From the NCBI GenBank assembly GCA_964016885.1, contig OZ024742.1, forward strand, positions 219,108,001-219,172,000: a stretch of DNA of 64,000 bases. Direction: 5' to 3'. The translations under genes were made by a program, and so were the position numbers. Each line of letters starts with the position of its first letter. Position 1 is the stretch's first letter. The notes under the pieces were generated by a model. The model worked only from the letters and a program-made list of their open reading frames with translations, had not been told where the DNA came from and ran no database searches. Of the stretch, positions 1 through 14,012 are shown in pieces. Source of the stretch: Eledone cirrhosa. Its lineage: Eukaryota.

Positions 1-128
1 TTAGCCGTCCAAACGGCTTGAGCTCAGCCGTCGGGGTCATACTCGTTCCTATTACCCACTCTACTACCCTAAGTATTGAGTACTTTGGTGCGTTATGGTC
101 CACCTGGTTCCTTACCACATTTCCTTCG

Positions 129-224
<96 letters not shown>

Positions 225-427
225 CACATGACAACTGAAAGTATAACCGTACTAATTGAGATTGGATCTGTGTTATTTAGAATTTGGTATCAATTTCGAA
301 ACTTAGAATTTGGTATCAATAGCGAAACTTAAAGTACCAATCCTTTGTCATCTATTGTACTGTACTAATATAAATATTTAACTCTGTCTTTATTGAGTTT
401 TCTTTTACGTTTTCTTGTTTGTAAACT

Positions 428-528
<101 letters not shown>

Positions 529-1032
529 ATATCAATTTGATTCATTTCAATTTTTTTTCTTTCTTGTGTGGAAGTGGGGCGTAAATTTCGTTTTGTGTTT
601 AAATTTCATCTACAGTGAGTTTGTTTTATTTTAGTATTTTCTGATTTGAATTCCAGCCTTGAAATTTTAAGTGTAAAAAAAGTATTTTAAACCGAAAATA
701 ACTTCAGTAGAAGAGAAGTTAGGCTAAGAAAATATTTAAAGAAAAAGGTGTGTGAGAAGGGACAGTCAGACATGAATTGAAATTTGTGTTACATATATTT
801 ATTTATCTATTACTTAAATGTAATCAGAAAACATAAGTGGTATATACATACACACACATATATATATATGAGCTTGTGTGTGTACACACACACACACATA
901 TATATATATATATTTGTTTTTTTTTTAAATATATATATATATATATATGTGTGTGTGTATGTGTGTGTGTACACACAAGCTCATATATATATATGCGCGT
1001 GTGTATGTATATACCACTTATGTTTTCTGATT

Positions 1033-1081
<49 letters not shown>

Positions 1082-1083
<2 letters not shown>

Positions 1084-1295
1084 GGAAAATTTGAACAGGA
1101 ACAAGACAGAGAGGCAGTACAACGAATGTTTATTAATTTCACGCTCTTGAGAGTGGGGTGGTGGTGGGGAACGACGTTTCGGGCATAAGCCCTTCTTCAG
1201 GTCAAAAGTGTGTGGGAAGAGAGTTCAAAGGGTGTGTAGGGGAGTGGTGGGGAGACATATAGCAAAAGGGGGGTGGGAGGAAACGGTGCAAATGA
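1082..1295 (-). mobile_element. Penelope-like pseudo-LTR fragment between (TA)n tracts; second copy at about 46752-46955
   Basis: Two similar copies in the window, both abutting (TA)n and carrying a minimal hammerhead. Confidence 0.6.
1170..1203 (-). ncRNA. Minimal hammerhead of Penelope pseudo-LTR type
   Basis: Minus strand: GAC-CUGAAGA-A-GGGC(UUAU)GCCC-GAAAC-GUC^-GUU. Confidence 0.72.
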
Positions 1296-1737
1296 AATTA
1301 TATATATATATATGTTGGTGTGTGTGTGTGTTTGTGTGTACGCTCTACGCTCTTTGGATTCAAAATCTTAGCGAAAAAAAAAATATAATAAGGAAAGAAG
1401 GAGAAAATGAAAGAAAGAAGAAAAAAAAAAAGGTTTTTAAGTAATCATAAAACATGTGAAGAATGTTAGTATTGTGAATTCTGACATCCTTCCTCGTTCG
1501 TTTGCATCATATGATAAGCTGGCCCGCGCTCTCTTAGACGGCAATTTAAAACATCTGTATCTTGGCATGAGAGTTGAGTGAGAGAGAGGGGGTAGGGAGA
1601 GGAGAGAGACCTTCTACCCCAATAAACATATACTGTGGTGGCGATTATTTATTCACTTAAAAGTTTTTTTCAGCTTTAAACTACTACAGCTGCTACTGCT
1701 GCTATTACTAATACTACTACACACATATGTATATATA

Positions 1738-1788
<51 letters not shown>

Positions 1789-1962
1789 GTTAACGGAATT
1801 GACTGTGACTTCAAAGTTTCGCCGAGGATAACTTTCTTTAGCTAATGGTTGTTGTTAGTCATTAAGCACATATTAATGACATATGCACGTGTGTGTGTGT
1901 GGTGTGTGTGTGTGTGTGTGTGTGTGTGTGCACGCGTATGTATGTGTGCGTGCACGCGCGTA

Positions 1963-2038
<76 letters not shown>

Positions 2039-2303
2039 AGCGGGAGAGATTCACACTCTGTCATAAGTGCCTCTTATAAAACATGCCATTTCTCTTCTCA
2101 GAAAACCCCCAGAAAGCCACGGTTGTGGCTACAATCATAATGTGAGATCCTCTACGTGGTCGATTAGCCTACTAGAAATAGCAACAAAATCTCACTTTAA
2201 TTCACTGTCACAAAAAAAAAGAAAGAACACAGACAATGTAAACCTATATATCCACTCCGCCAAAAATGTCAGCTCTGCCGGGTTTGATCTGGATCTAAAC
2301 CAT

Positions 2304-2334
<31 letters not shown>

Positions 2335-2719
2335 TGAATACGTTCAAGAAGACTTTGTGTAGCTATCCAGCCTAATAGAAACAACAGTTAAACCTTCCTC
2401 AAATTCGCCGGCTAAAAGAAGAAATGGTGTCTTTGAGTCGTTGTAGTCACTGATTGAATGCCTTTGATCTTAAGTTTGCTCTGTCTTGGGGTTAAGCAAA
2501 AAATAATAGAGTAGTGAAGTTAATACGAAGCATTTGTTTTTAAAGCCGGTACAATGCGGTAGAAAAATACGAAGGGCAAATAATGACAAATAAAACAAAA
2601 AAAAAACAGAGTAATGTTTTACCCAGTGTATTTTAGCATGGTGTTTCAGGGTTATTATCCTCTTTTCAGATGCAAAGCTGAAACAGTCCAAGACAAAACA
2701 AACAAGGGATCAGACTTTT

Positions 2720-3427
2720 CTTCCCTAAGTGGTCTATGTGTTTGCAAAACGCATGCGCATGCGTGGGGTCGCTACAGTAACCATTCTTTATCGTGCATTT
2801 CTGACCTAGTATTTATCTCTGGTTTTATTCGGCTGATGAAAATGATCTCCTTAATCCTTAAATTCCCCATATTTCTTTCAGTGTATGTGAAACAGTCTCT
2901 TCAACAAGGGTCTCCAGTGTGCCAGCCGTATATTCAGTCCCTCCATACAGATGGATTGTCTGATGGCAGCTGAAGTCTTCTCATTGAAATATGGCTGCTT
3001 TAGCCAGCATATGTTATCCTTAGGTACTCGTGTCCTCTTTGTTCTTTTACGTGTTGCTGTCTTGACATTTCAGTGTTTGGTGAAAGAAGTAGGGTAGCTG
3101 GTTTCGGTAAGAACTCTTTGGAATTTCACCGTGTTGATATGTCTGTCGCTACCCTCGCTGCGTATCCAGGAGATCTGTCCGTATATAGGCCATTTTTGCT
3201 CTGTAGGGAAGGGAGGAGTTCTGGTACACAAAAATGTCTTTGCAGGCATCCTTCCTGTATAATTTGGTGTATATAGATCCCTTCTCTGTGACTCATAGTG
3301 TAAAGTCGAGTAGAGAGAGGGATCCAGTGGTGTTTGAATGTTCAACCTCAAATTTTGCGTGCGTCAATGTTTTCTTGAGGGCTTCTTCACAAGGTGAAGT
3401 GAGCTTAAGGATGACATCCACGTACCT
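2720..3427 (-). mobile_element. Degenerate Penelope-like reverse transcriptase fragment
   Basis: The minus strand reads YVDVIL ... GSLSLLDFTL* ... KLYRKDACKDIFVYQNSSLPYRAKMAYIR, resembling the PLE motifs YVDD / LPFLD / YRKPT..S.HP..K. Confidence 0.62.
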
Positions 3428-6400
3428 GAATAATAATAATATACAAACTAAAGGGATCTAGACATTAAGGGAAAGCCCAAGATACCGTATTTAAATTTTA
3501 AATTTAATTTTACTTTTTAATTTTATTTCTATTTTTATATTCACTTTTCTCTGTATATTTTGTTTTTTTGTTTCTCAATTGCAAGAAGTGCTAGATACTT
3601 CCCCTAGTCTGTTGTGGATTACTAGCTCTATACGGACGTTTAAATTCATTAAATAGATAAATAAATACCCCGACTATAACTCGGTAACATTACGAGTTGA
3701 TAGTATAATCCCGCCATTAGACAGAGGTTTTGGTATATATGAAGCGATGGATCTGTGGGTCATACAATGTTGTTAGACCATTTAGTCGAGCAGGGTTCAG
3801 CAGGGTTGCCGATGAACAACAACATACCTCATGTTCCACTTTTTACTAAATTAACGACTCTTGGAATATTGCTTCTACATTGAGGCAGTACTACAGCTAT
3901 TACTCGTAGCACTATACATAAATCACATGTATTTAGCACTAATTACTAAAATACTTGATGAATAATTTAAAATCGGACCTACATTTCACATCTAGTCTGG
4001 GCCTATATACCAACTACCGTGGCTTACATTTTATAGTTGCACTGGACCTATCACCAGCTTTGCAGGGAGCAGAATATTAAACATACAAACATCTTAAACT
4101 ACGTCCCATAAAAAGCCACCCAATTGATTGGCATGAAGTTGCTCCCCGACGCACTCCATCCTTTGTCCCACGGGCACTCTCACTCCTCTCGCTACCTTTC
4201 TACTGTTACTACAATCTCCTTCGAGCTCCTCGAAGCTAGACACATTCAACCTCCGCTCAGGCACTCCCAAGTCATTCATCTCTCGTCACTCCTCTCACCC
4301 GCAAGTTATGTGTGAAACACTTCCCCAGCAGTCCTTCCTACTCATTTAATTTCATTACTCTATAAGACATGTACTTCCAGTTAGGTTTAAGTTACAATTT
4401 CTCCTGCCCTTTCCTTACCAGAAAAATTTGACAATGTGTTTTTGTTTTTAAAAAAATTATTATTTATGTAAGTATGTAATAAATAGAAGCACTCCTAAGG
4501 TCAAAATCAAATGCTAGTGATTCAATTAATGTAGAAGAACCCTTCCCAAGAATGTACTTTATCTGATAAGATAAAGAGATAGTTTTCCTTAGGTCAACCA
4601 AAGCCTTGTGAGTGAAGTTTGGTTGGCGGAAGTTATGTGGAAGCACGTCGGATAGACTGTTCCTTTTCTTGTGTGGTAGATTTCATCGCCACTCACTTTA
4701 CCCCGCACACTCCCATCACCGACTTGGCCCTTAGGTACTTTTAAAAGAGTTCACTCTGTTGCGAAGAAATATTAATATGGAAAGGAGAAAAAGATTATTA
4801 AAATGTTATGTATGGTTCATTCTACTATATATACTGTGAAGACAAATGAATCTTTTGAAGGGTTTCAATATTTTAGGTTCAAGAGTCCTTTGCACGTCTC
4901 AAAAAGTTTAAACACTGCTTTTGTATAGTGTTTCTCTGTTCTGGGGAACTTTTTGGATGACATTTTTCTGGACATTTTACTGGACACGTTTTGCTGGACA
5001 AAAGTCGATTTTACATCATAAGATTTACTGTGATTTAATTTAGAAATTCGTTCATGACTCTCATACTGAGACTGCAAGATTCCTACAAGCACAGACAATG
5101 TAAAAAGTTGCATAATTCATCAAATATAATACACTCAACATAGATCCCATAAATGATAAATAATGTTTATTATTTGCATACGAATACATGGCATGTAATT
5201 CTCTTACATAATATTTGTCGCAACAAGTTGTCTTTTTTTTTAATATACTTTTAAAGCATTTCACTGGTTAAGAATTCTTTTTACACTACTATTTCTCGCC
5301 AAATACCTTGTAACTGAAGGCGGGGAATTGATAGAGTCGTATAAACGTCGGATACAATGTTTTGCAGTATTCGTTCCGGCTCTCTGCTCTCTGAGTTCAA
5401 ATCCCACCGAGATCAACTTTGCTTTTCGGCCATCGAGGTCGATAAAAAAGTACCAGAATTATTCTTCCTCTATATCCCTTTCTTACTTTCTTTCTCTCAC
5501 TTTCGTTCTCTCACTTTCTATCCTTCTCTGGAAGAATTCTACTATATTTAGACCTGAAGACGTGGTGGGATCCCGCAGGTTTAAAAATGCCCTAGAAACA
5601 CCGTATGCCAATCCGGCGCCCCTACAACTCCCTCGGGTGCTACGAGACTAAAGAAATAAAGATCTTGTACCTTAAAGTAAATCAGTTTCAATGGTTCCTC
5701 ACCATATTTGATTAATTTGTATATTAAATGTAAGACTTGTAAATTTTGCTTAGCAGATCATCATCATCATCATCATCGCCCACTTATTCCTGAGAAGGTG
5801 ATAGGGGCAGAGTCCTCAACCACTCCTTCTAGTGAGTCCTGTCAGAAGCAACCATCTCCAATTGATCTGGCTTCATTTAAACATAAATTCCAAGCCCGTG
5901 GTCTTATAGCAAATTCTTCTCTAATATCTTGTTGTTTAACCTTTTAATGTTCAAACCGGCCCAAACCGGCCAGAATTATCTGCCTCTTTCTGTTGAAACT
6001 GGTTGTAACTGGTCGCTCAAACTGATGTTATGGTATTGTTCTCAAAATAAATACTTTCAAAATCTCATAGATTCGATATTATGTGAGATAATTATGTGAG
6101 GTAAAGCCTTTACCATGAAAATATAATAGTATATATAGAGTAATGTGAATGCTAAATCTTAAGTCACTGTTCATCTTATGAATGATTGGTTGAGAAGCGT
6201 CTTTCATTTGCAACAGAAGTTTCAGTGATGACCAACAAAAGCTGGATTAGTTTAACAGTTCCAGACATAACTGACAAGAAACCAAGGTTTTGTGCTACAA
6301 AGTGTCTATAAGTTAAAAAGAAAAGAAAACACTTTACATCGCAGAACCCCACATGTTTTTTGTGTAACCCACTTTAAAAAACTGTGATATTATGTGTTCT

Positions 6401-7311
6401 GCCCTTATATAAGATTTGGCAGCCTTATTTTTAATAATTAGAGCAAGATATGCCATTTACGACAGGTGCAATGACTGTGCTATTTTGCTGTCTTAAGATA
6501 AATCCTATATATATTATTGCTAGTGAAAAAATTTTTTTTTTTTTCGAATCAAATATTTAACCTTGGGAACGGGTTGGTATGATTTCTAATTTGTATTGAT
6601 TGTTCTCACGTATTATTGGCTTCAAGAATGATATACCTCACTGATATATACACATATATGCACACATACATACACGATGACTGCAAACTCTGCTAAGAGT
6701 ATTGCAATAGCTTGTCAGATTACAGAAAATTGTGCCCTTTTAGGCTACGGCCAGCCACACGAAATTGTAACATAACCTGAACAAGCAATGCCTGTGCTTT
6801 GAATGTTTTTTAAGTGGGGAAAGGCCTTTCACTTCTCCAATCCTACTCTCTGAGCATCGAAAACACAACCCGAAAAGGAGAACTGGTCAACATCATTGGA
6901 TGCTTCCGAAGCCCCAGATTTTTTTTCTTTTTTAGAGTTTCCCTCTCTTAGAAAGGTGTTGTGACAACAACTGGGGGCCTCCCAGGTGAAAAAAAATACT
7001 ATTTGGATGGCCATTGACTCTGAGTTCCTCCACCCTTCACCGGGTCTTGTATTTCATCCCGCGACTATGAGACAGGTTGTACTGGGTTACATGTTACCAA
7101 TAGCACTCGAGAGCGACCTGACATGACATACATACATACATACATGCATACATACATACATGATGATACATACATACATACATACATACATACATACATA
7201 CACACATACACACATACACACATACATACATACATACATACATACATACATACATACATACATACATACATACATACATACATACATACATACATACATA
7301 CATACGTATAT

Positions 7312-9480
7312 AGATACTGAAAAACTCCTAATCAACAAAACTGCGATGTCGGAGGTGCGACAACTTAGGAGCAATATGGCTACAGTCTGGCTGGACTACA
7401 GGAAAGCTTTCGATTCTGTTCCCTACTCTTGGATGATAGAGGCCTTCCGACTTGCTAAAGTCCCAAACATTATTATCAGAGCCATAGAGAAGCTGACTTC
7501 TTCTTGGGCTACTATCCTAAAGTTCAAAACAGAGAAGGAGGACTCTATTTTCACTGATAAAATAGAATATCACATAGGTGTATTTCAAGTAGACAGTCTC
7601 TCTGCGATATTATTTATTCTGTCATTAAACTCCTTGTCCTTTCTGCTCAAGAAATGTGAAGGATACATCATTGGCTCACAGGAGGACAGAAATACGAACT
7701 TAATTTCTTTGTGGGTGATCTGAAACTCTATGCCAAGAACATAGATGGGATGAAGAAAATTCTTGACCTGGTTACAACATTCTCAAAGGATATAGGAATG
7801 GAGTTTGGCCAAGATAAATGCCCATATATGACTGTAAAGCGGGCAAAAACTACAACTCAATCTAGCAACATTGTCATGAATGGCCTAACTGTTTCACCGA
7901 TATCTGACGAGGACTGCTACAGATACCTGGAAATAGATGAGAACATATCCTATAATGGTATTTGTAATAAGGAACGCGTAACCAGGGAATATTGCACCCG
8001 ATTAAGAAAAATATGGTCATCGGAACTCTCTGTGCACAATAAAACAGTGGCTCACAATGCGTTTGCTGTGCCTGTCCTAACACCAACGTTTGGAATACTC
8101 AATTGGACGATAGACGAAATCCGAGCAATTGATGTTAGGACTCGAAAAATACTAAACAACACCGGAAACTTCCACATCAACAGTGACATAGACCGCCTCT
8201 ACTTGAAACATAAGCAGGGAGGCAGAGGCCTAACATCAGTCCAGACAGCATTTGAATGTCGCATCATATCCCCCCGACAATATTTATGAACTTCGAAGCG
8301 TAGGACCCCGTCTATTGAGAAAGTCTATCTGCATGAGACAGATAAGATCATAAGAGGTGGGAAGGAACTCCTTGAAAGATATTCCCTGCGTGATAATCAA
8401 AAACTCACACCCAGAGAACTTGCCCAGCAGTACCGCAGTGAATCCATGGATGAAAAACTGTATGCTTATCAGCAAAACATCATGCATGGATATGGTGCCA
8501 GGAAGCTCCAGGGTTAGAGTAATATAGATAAACAAAGTAGTCTATCTTGGACCTGAGGATATGCTTTTGCAATCCAATAACAGGAAATCAACACGAAATA
8601 CCTGATTCACAAAAGAGATAGGGATACAGGCAAAACACCTAGATGTGACAACAAGTGCAGACTCTGCAGAATTAACATCAAAGATGTTACCCATGTCATA
8701 AGCAGCTGTCCAAAGATGTCATCGCCGTACTATCTACCTATGAGGCATGATGTAGTGGCCAAAACATTGTACGATGCAATCCGTAGAAAAGATAGCCCCG
8801 ATAATAAACACATTAAAAACTACAGCAATGTGGAAGACATACATATACATAATATGAAAGAGTACTGGTGGAATATTCCAGTAAAAACCCCAATAAAATT
8901 CAGGCATAACAGACCAGATATTATGATATGGGACAGGGAAAAGAAGGCATGCACAGTAGTGGAAGTTAGCTGTCCAGCAGATGCCAATATAATATCAAAG
9001 ATTAGCGAAAAGGAGAATATTTATGCAGAACTGATGAGAAATCTGCAGATACTCCACCCTGAATACACCTTCAGATTTATGCCTGTGATTATTGTGGAGC
9101 TGGGATATGTTAGTAACTGCCTCAATACAAATCTTGAGAAGCTAGGCTTCACAGGAAGAGAAAGAACACTAGTTAGGAAATTACAAGTACAATCAATTAA
9201 TGGAACAGTAAAAATATGTAAAACATTCCAAAATTGTTGCACCTAATAACTGCATATACACATGTACAGATAGAAAGCATATACACATGCGCACATACAA
9301 CACAAAACATACACATCCACACATACAATACCATCCATATCTACATATGCATGCATGCAGGCATGCATACATATGTACCTAGTTGATGTGTAAATTCCAA
9401 TGAGAGAGTCTTGTGTCTATGTTAGAAACCGACTCTCTCTCTATTGGCAAAAATTTGTGAAATTATAAAACCAGCGGAAC
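7312..9480 (+). mobile_element. 5'-truncated R4/Dong-type non-LTR retrotransposon (RT plus restriction-like endonuclease), decayed
   Basis: WLDYRKAFDSVPYSW, GVFQVDSLS, GDLKLYAK, IDRLYLKHKQGGRGL, CRLC..H..SSC, RHD and NRPDI..D..VEVS motifs, with frameshifts and stops. Flanked by (CATA)n on both sides. Confidence 0.88.
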
Positions 9481-9506
9481 ATACATACATACATACATAC
9501 ATACAT

Positions 9507-10100
9507 GGTGGCTGCCAACTCGTTTTCGAGTACGGCCACTACTTTATATCCATGTAGGAGAACTCCTACCGATGCGCTGAACGAGTGTGACTTTTTAGTC
9601 CAGCCAGAGACTTGAAAACTCTGGTACAAACACTACACTTGTGACAAATATTGACACATAGTGCTGGGCCCATGATACCATGTGATGACAAGTGCAGAGA
9701 GATCTCTAGATATAAAGCAATGCCTGTGCCGTGAAGCTTTTATAGTGAGCAAAGGCACTGCACAAAGCCAGCCCCACTCTCTTAACCAAGATGATATTTA
9801 CCAAAAAGAAGAACAAGTCAACATCATTGGATACCATCAGAGTTGCAGGTGTTATATCAGAGTTTTCCTTCTCCTAGAATTCTGCCTTGACAAAGGCTAA
9901 GGGGTCATCTCTCCTGGTGATTTTGGATGGCCATTGACTCTTAAGAGATCCTTTGCCCTTTGACAGGTTTTGTTTTTAGTCCTGCAGGATGTCCAAAGTT
10001 ACCCTCCTCACCAAGAAACCTTGGTGGGGTTGCCAGTTTAGTCGCCAACGACCCGACCATGAGACAGGTTGTACTGGGATACATGTTACCAGTAGCACCA
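9507..10100 (-). mobile_element. About 600-bp non-autonomous retroelement with (TATG)n tail; near-identical copy at 21257-21866 and related fragment at about 6870-7125
   Basis: Two highly similar copies, each embedded in (CATA)n. The minus-strand 3' end is a hairpin plus (TATG)n. It contains ggagaaggaaaactctga, reminiscent of RTE 5' UTRs (family call is an inference). Confidence 0.7.
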
Positions 10101-11070
10101 ACATACATACATACATACATGCATACATACATACATACATATGTACATACGTACATACATACATACATACATACATACATACATACATACATACATACAT
10201 ACATACATACATACGTTCATATTTGTTCTTTAGCCAGCTTCCAACGAAAAACTACAACAAACTTTAAATCACATATACACAAACAGAACTCCCTGTATGC
10301 ACCACGCCACTTGTAGGAGTACTTTATTTGTATGTAGTACTTTGTTCACAATGGTTGTATATATTGCTCGGTTTAAGTTCACTTCCTATCGGAGGAGTCA
10401 AGAATGGGGGTTAAATGGTCAACAACAGAAGTTTAAGTGTTACTAAGCTATGCTTTCTTCCTTATGGATATGACCTATATCTATCTGGTATAGTAGAGAT
10501 CTTTAGAACAGTCATACCAAGGGAGGGGAGGCAGAGGAGGAGGCAGAGGAGGAGGGGGAAGTAAAAACTATGCAGCTGACAATTATGAAATACACTCTAC
10601 TGTAAATAATATTAAGTACAAGGCCACACAGGCACCGAGTTGGCAGAGTTGTTAAAACGCCGGATAGGATGCTTTGCCGTATTCGTTTCAGGCTCCCTAC
10701 TCTTTGAGTTCAAATCCCACCGATGTCAACTTTGCCTTTCATCCATTCGGGGGTGTCGATAAAAAAAATACCAGTCTAGTACTGGGCTCGATTTTTCCCC
10801 TATATCCATTTCTCACTTCCTTTCTCTCACTCTCTATCCTCCTCTAGAAGAAATCTGCTGTATTCAGATCTGGAGAGAAGATGGGATCCTCCAGGTTTTA
10901 AAACGCCCTAGAAACACCGCATGTTAATACGGCGCCTCTACGATTCCCTTGTGAGTTAAGGAAGAAGAAGGAGGCCACGCAAGAAGAAGGCCACAAGTGC
11001 AGTCAATTATATCGACACTAATGTTTTGAAACGCACATTTGACTGGGACCAAATTTGAACTTTAAATAAT

Positions 11071-11244
11071 TGTTTCTACTTTAGGCACAAGGCCAGCAAT
11101 TACCCAGTGCATTACTGGTACTTTATTTTATCGACCCCGTAAGGATGAAAGGCAAAGTCAACCTCGGCGGTATTTGAACTCAGATCGTAAAGGGACGTAA
11201 CTATGCCGGAAAGCATGGCGTCCGATACTGCCAATCCACCGCCC
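11071..11244 (-). mobile_element. SINE copy
   Basis: Reverse complement of the family consensus. TSD aatttgaactttaaataat. Confidence 0.85.
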
Positions 11245-12717
11245 TAATTTGAACTTTAAATAATATCGACCGTTCTCTCTAAAATATTGATCGTTGATAT
11301 TCTTATTTCATTCCCTAGTTTTAGTCAGATTTGATGTAGCAGACCTACAGTTGTTTTTAACATAGACACAAGGCCAATCATTTTGGAGCAGGGGGGGGGG
11401 GGGGGCAGTGAACTAAATCGACTCCAGTACTTTACTGGTACTTTATTTCGTCGATCTCTGAAGGATGAAAAGCAAAGCTGTCATCGGCGGAATTTGAACT
11501 AAGAACGCAAAGGACCGTTACTACATGTTTGTGTGAAAGGTTGGAAGGCAAAGTTGACCTCGATGGGATTTGACCTCAGGGCGCAATGAACTAGAGCACC
11601 CTAACGACTTACAATTTTTAGTATCGATATTATCTCTTTATGTTCTGGATTTAAATTACATTTAACTTTAACTTAAACCCCTCTTGGTGTATTAAAATAA
11701 TGTACGAAAGAGTATACTCTTTGTAGTTCAAGTGATTATTTGGCAGGGACAATGCAGCTTTCAAACAAAATGTCGTCTAATAGCATTTAGTTTTTATTTT
11801 TCTATCTACGTTCGCGGTTTCATTCCGTCAACGTCTAATTTGGTTTTCTTCTCTATTGGAATTATAAAGTAAATAATGGTTTGAAATAGAGGGACAAGGC
11901 CAGAAAAGGAATGTCTGAAAGGATAAAAGACAAAATTCACCTCGGAATAAATACCACAAAACACTTCGTTCGCGCTCTATCAATTCAGCGCTCTAACAGG
12001 ATTTATAAATATATATAAATATATATACTTTATATGTTTTTTTGTTTTTTTTCTTAATGATGAATACAGTTTAATAGAAAAGGAAACAAAAGAAAAAATA
12101 AGAAAATATAGAGAAAAAGAAAGAAAATAACGGGAAGAGGCAAGAACTGTAGTGTTGCAGAGATGATTTTAAATGCAAAATTGTGGACCTGATATCATTA
12201 TCGTTGTTGTTTAGCCCCCCAAGTCGGTTCTTACCGAACAGACAGGATAAATGTCTTGACTTCACTGTATTTTAAGGCAAAGTTTATTTTTGACAACCTT
12301 ATCCTATGTAGCCGTTTTTAAAATTATAGAGTGCGATTTGAGGGAGACTAGGCTGCTACATCTAACACATTGAACGACTGTGTAGAGGTTCCCTTAATAG
12401 CTTGTTGTTATTGTTGCTGTTCTATTAAGCAGGTACGACTAGCTAAACAGCCAATTGACCTAGATACCTTAGAGCTGTTAAGATAATATCAAACATTTTT
12501 TAAATACTCAGCCATAAAAACATTAATTGTTTTAATATTCTGTAAATATGAACATAAGAGAATAATGGACTAGATATTGTGCTTTGTTCTTTTTCTTCTT
12601 ATCAAGTCATCTTTACATTTCGCTAAATTTTCTTCACCCTAGACTGAGCTCATTTCTCTGTCTTTTCATTGTACGCTACAAGGTCAACTTAGGTGTATGG
12701 TTCTTGTATTAGATAAC

Positions 12718-12901
12718 TGTTTCTACTTTAGGCACAAGGCCAGCAATTACCCAGTGCATTACTGGTACTTTATTTTATCGACCCCGTAAGGATGAAAGGC
12801 AAAGTCAACCTCGGCGGGATTTGAACTCAGATCGTAAAGGGACGTAATTATGCTGGAAAGCATGGCGTCCGACCCTCCACCGATACTGCCAATCCACCGC
12901 C
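12718..12901 (-). mobile_element. SINE copy
   Basis: Reverse complement of the consensus. TSD gttcttgtattagataac. Confidence 0.87.
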
Positions 12902-13516
12902 ACCGTTCTTGTATTAGATAACATCTCAATAAATGCTCTATAGTTGTGGATGTGTGCCACAGTCACGTATGGTGTTGTCATTAGACAAACTGGACCTCCA
13001 TTTATTGTCACATTGGCTCTACCAACTACCGTCGTCAGTTAATCTACTGTTTCCCAACTTGCATCCACACATGCCGGTAGTTGCTCATCCCCACTTTTTT
13101 TCTATTATAGTTGAGTGTGGAAGTCTATAGTTTCCTTCTTTCCATAAAGTTCTTCTTATGGATATCAACCTTAAAGAACGTTGTTCCGTGACTTCAAACG
13201 ACTCCGAACTGATGGCGTTTGGTCTAACATATCTATCTATCTGCTGTCACTAACGCTCTTTCATACTCACACACTATCTTCTAATGGAATTCGCTATTCT
13301 CTGTTCAAATTCTATCAGAACTGATGTTGCTGTTTCAATTCTGTACGATGTCATAACTCCTACACATTTTAAGTATTTATTTTGTATATAAAGATTTTTC
13401 TCGAAGGAAAATAAGTGTTTGTCAGGAGAAAATAAGATAAGACGTGAATCGTGATAACCAGAAGACTATTAAATAATGCGTAGGTTTTGAAAAATGTCAT
13501 GTTATCTGAAATCTTG

Positions 13517-13578
<62 letters not shown>

Positions 13579-13824
13579 TAAAGTATAGAAATTATTGTGA
13601 GCGTGAAGCCAACAGTATTTCATAATATATAAGTGACTATAACGTCAAAATGGAAAAATAGTTAACGAAAGATGTGGGGAAATAATTCAAACTCAATTAA
13701 AAAAAAATCAAGACATAGATTAATCCTTAGAATTTTGTGAAATCCAGGGAAAAATCAATAGAGCCTTAACTCAGAATAAAATAAAGTCTAAATACTCATC
13801 CTTCAATTTGGAAAAACTACAAAT

Positions 13825-13904
13825 GCTCTGTATAGTCTTAAAAAGACTATTTCGCGAAACTTTCAGTGGGGATGGTCACGGTTGGAATCGTTCATCAGCT
13901 GAGC
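13825..13904 (-). ncRNA. Type I hammerhead-like ribozyme with full stem III, slightly degenerate
   Basis: Minus strand: GCUCAG-CUGAUGA-ACGA...UCGC-GAAA-UAGUCUU(UUU)AAGACUA-UA^-CAGAGC. 7-bp stem III, 5 of 6 pairs in stem I, weak stem II. Confidence 0.62.
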
Positions 13905-13958
13905 TCAAACACGATAAGCACTAATATCACTGTAGAATATGCCAAAAATAGAATTTAA

Positions 13959-14012
<54 letters not shown>

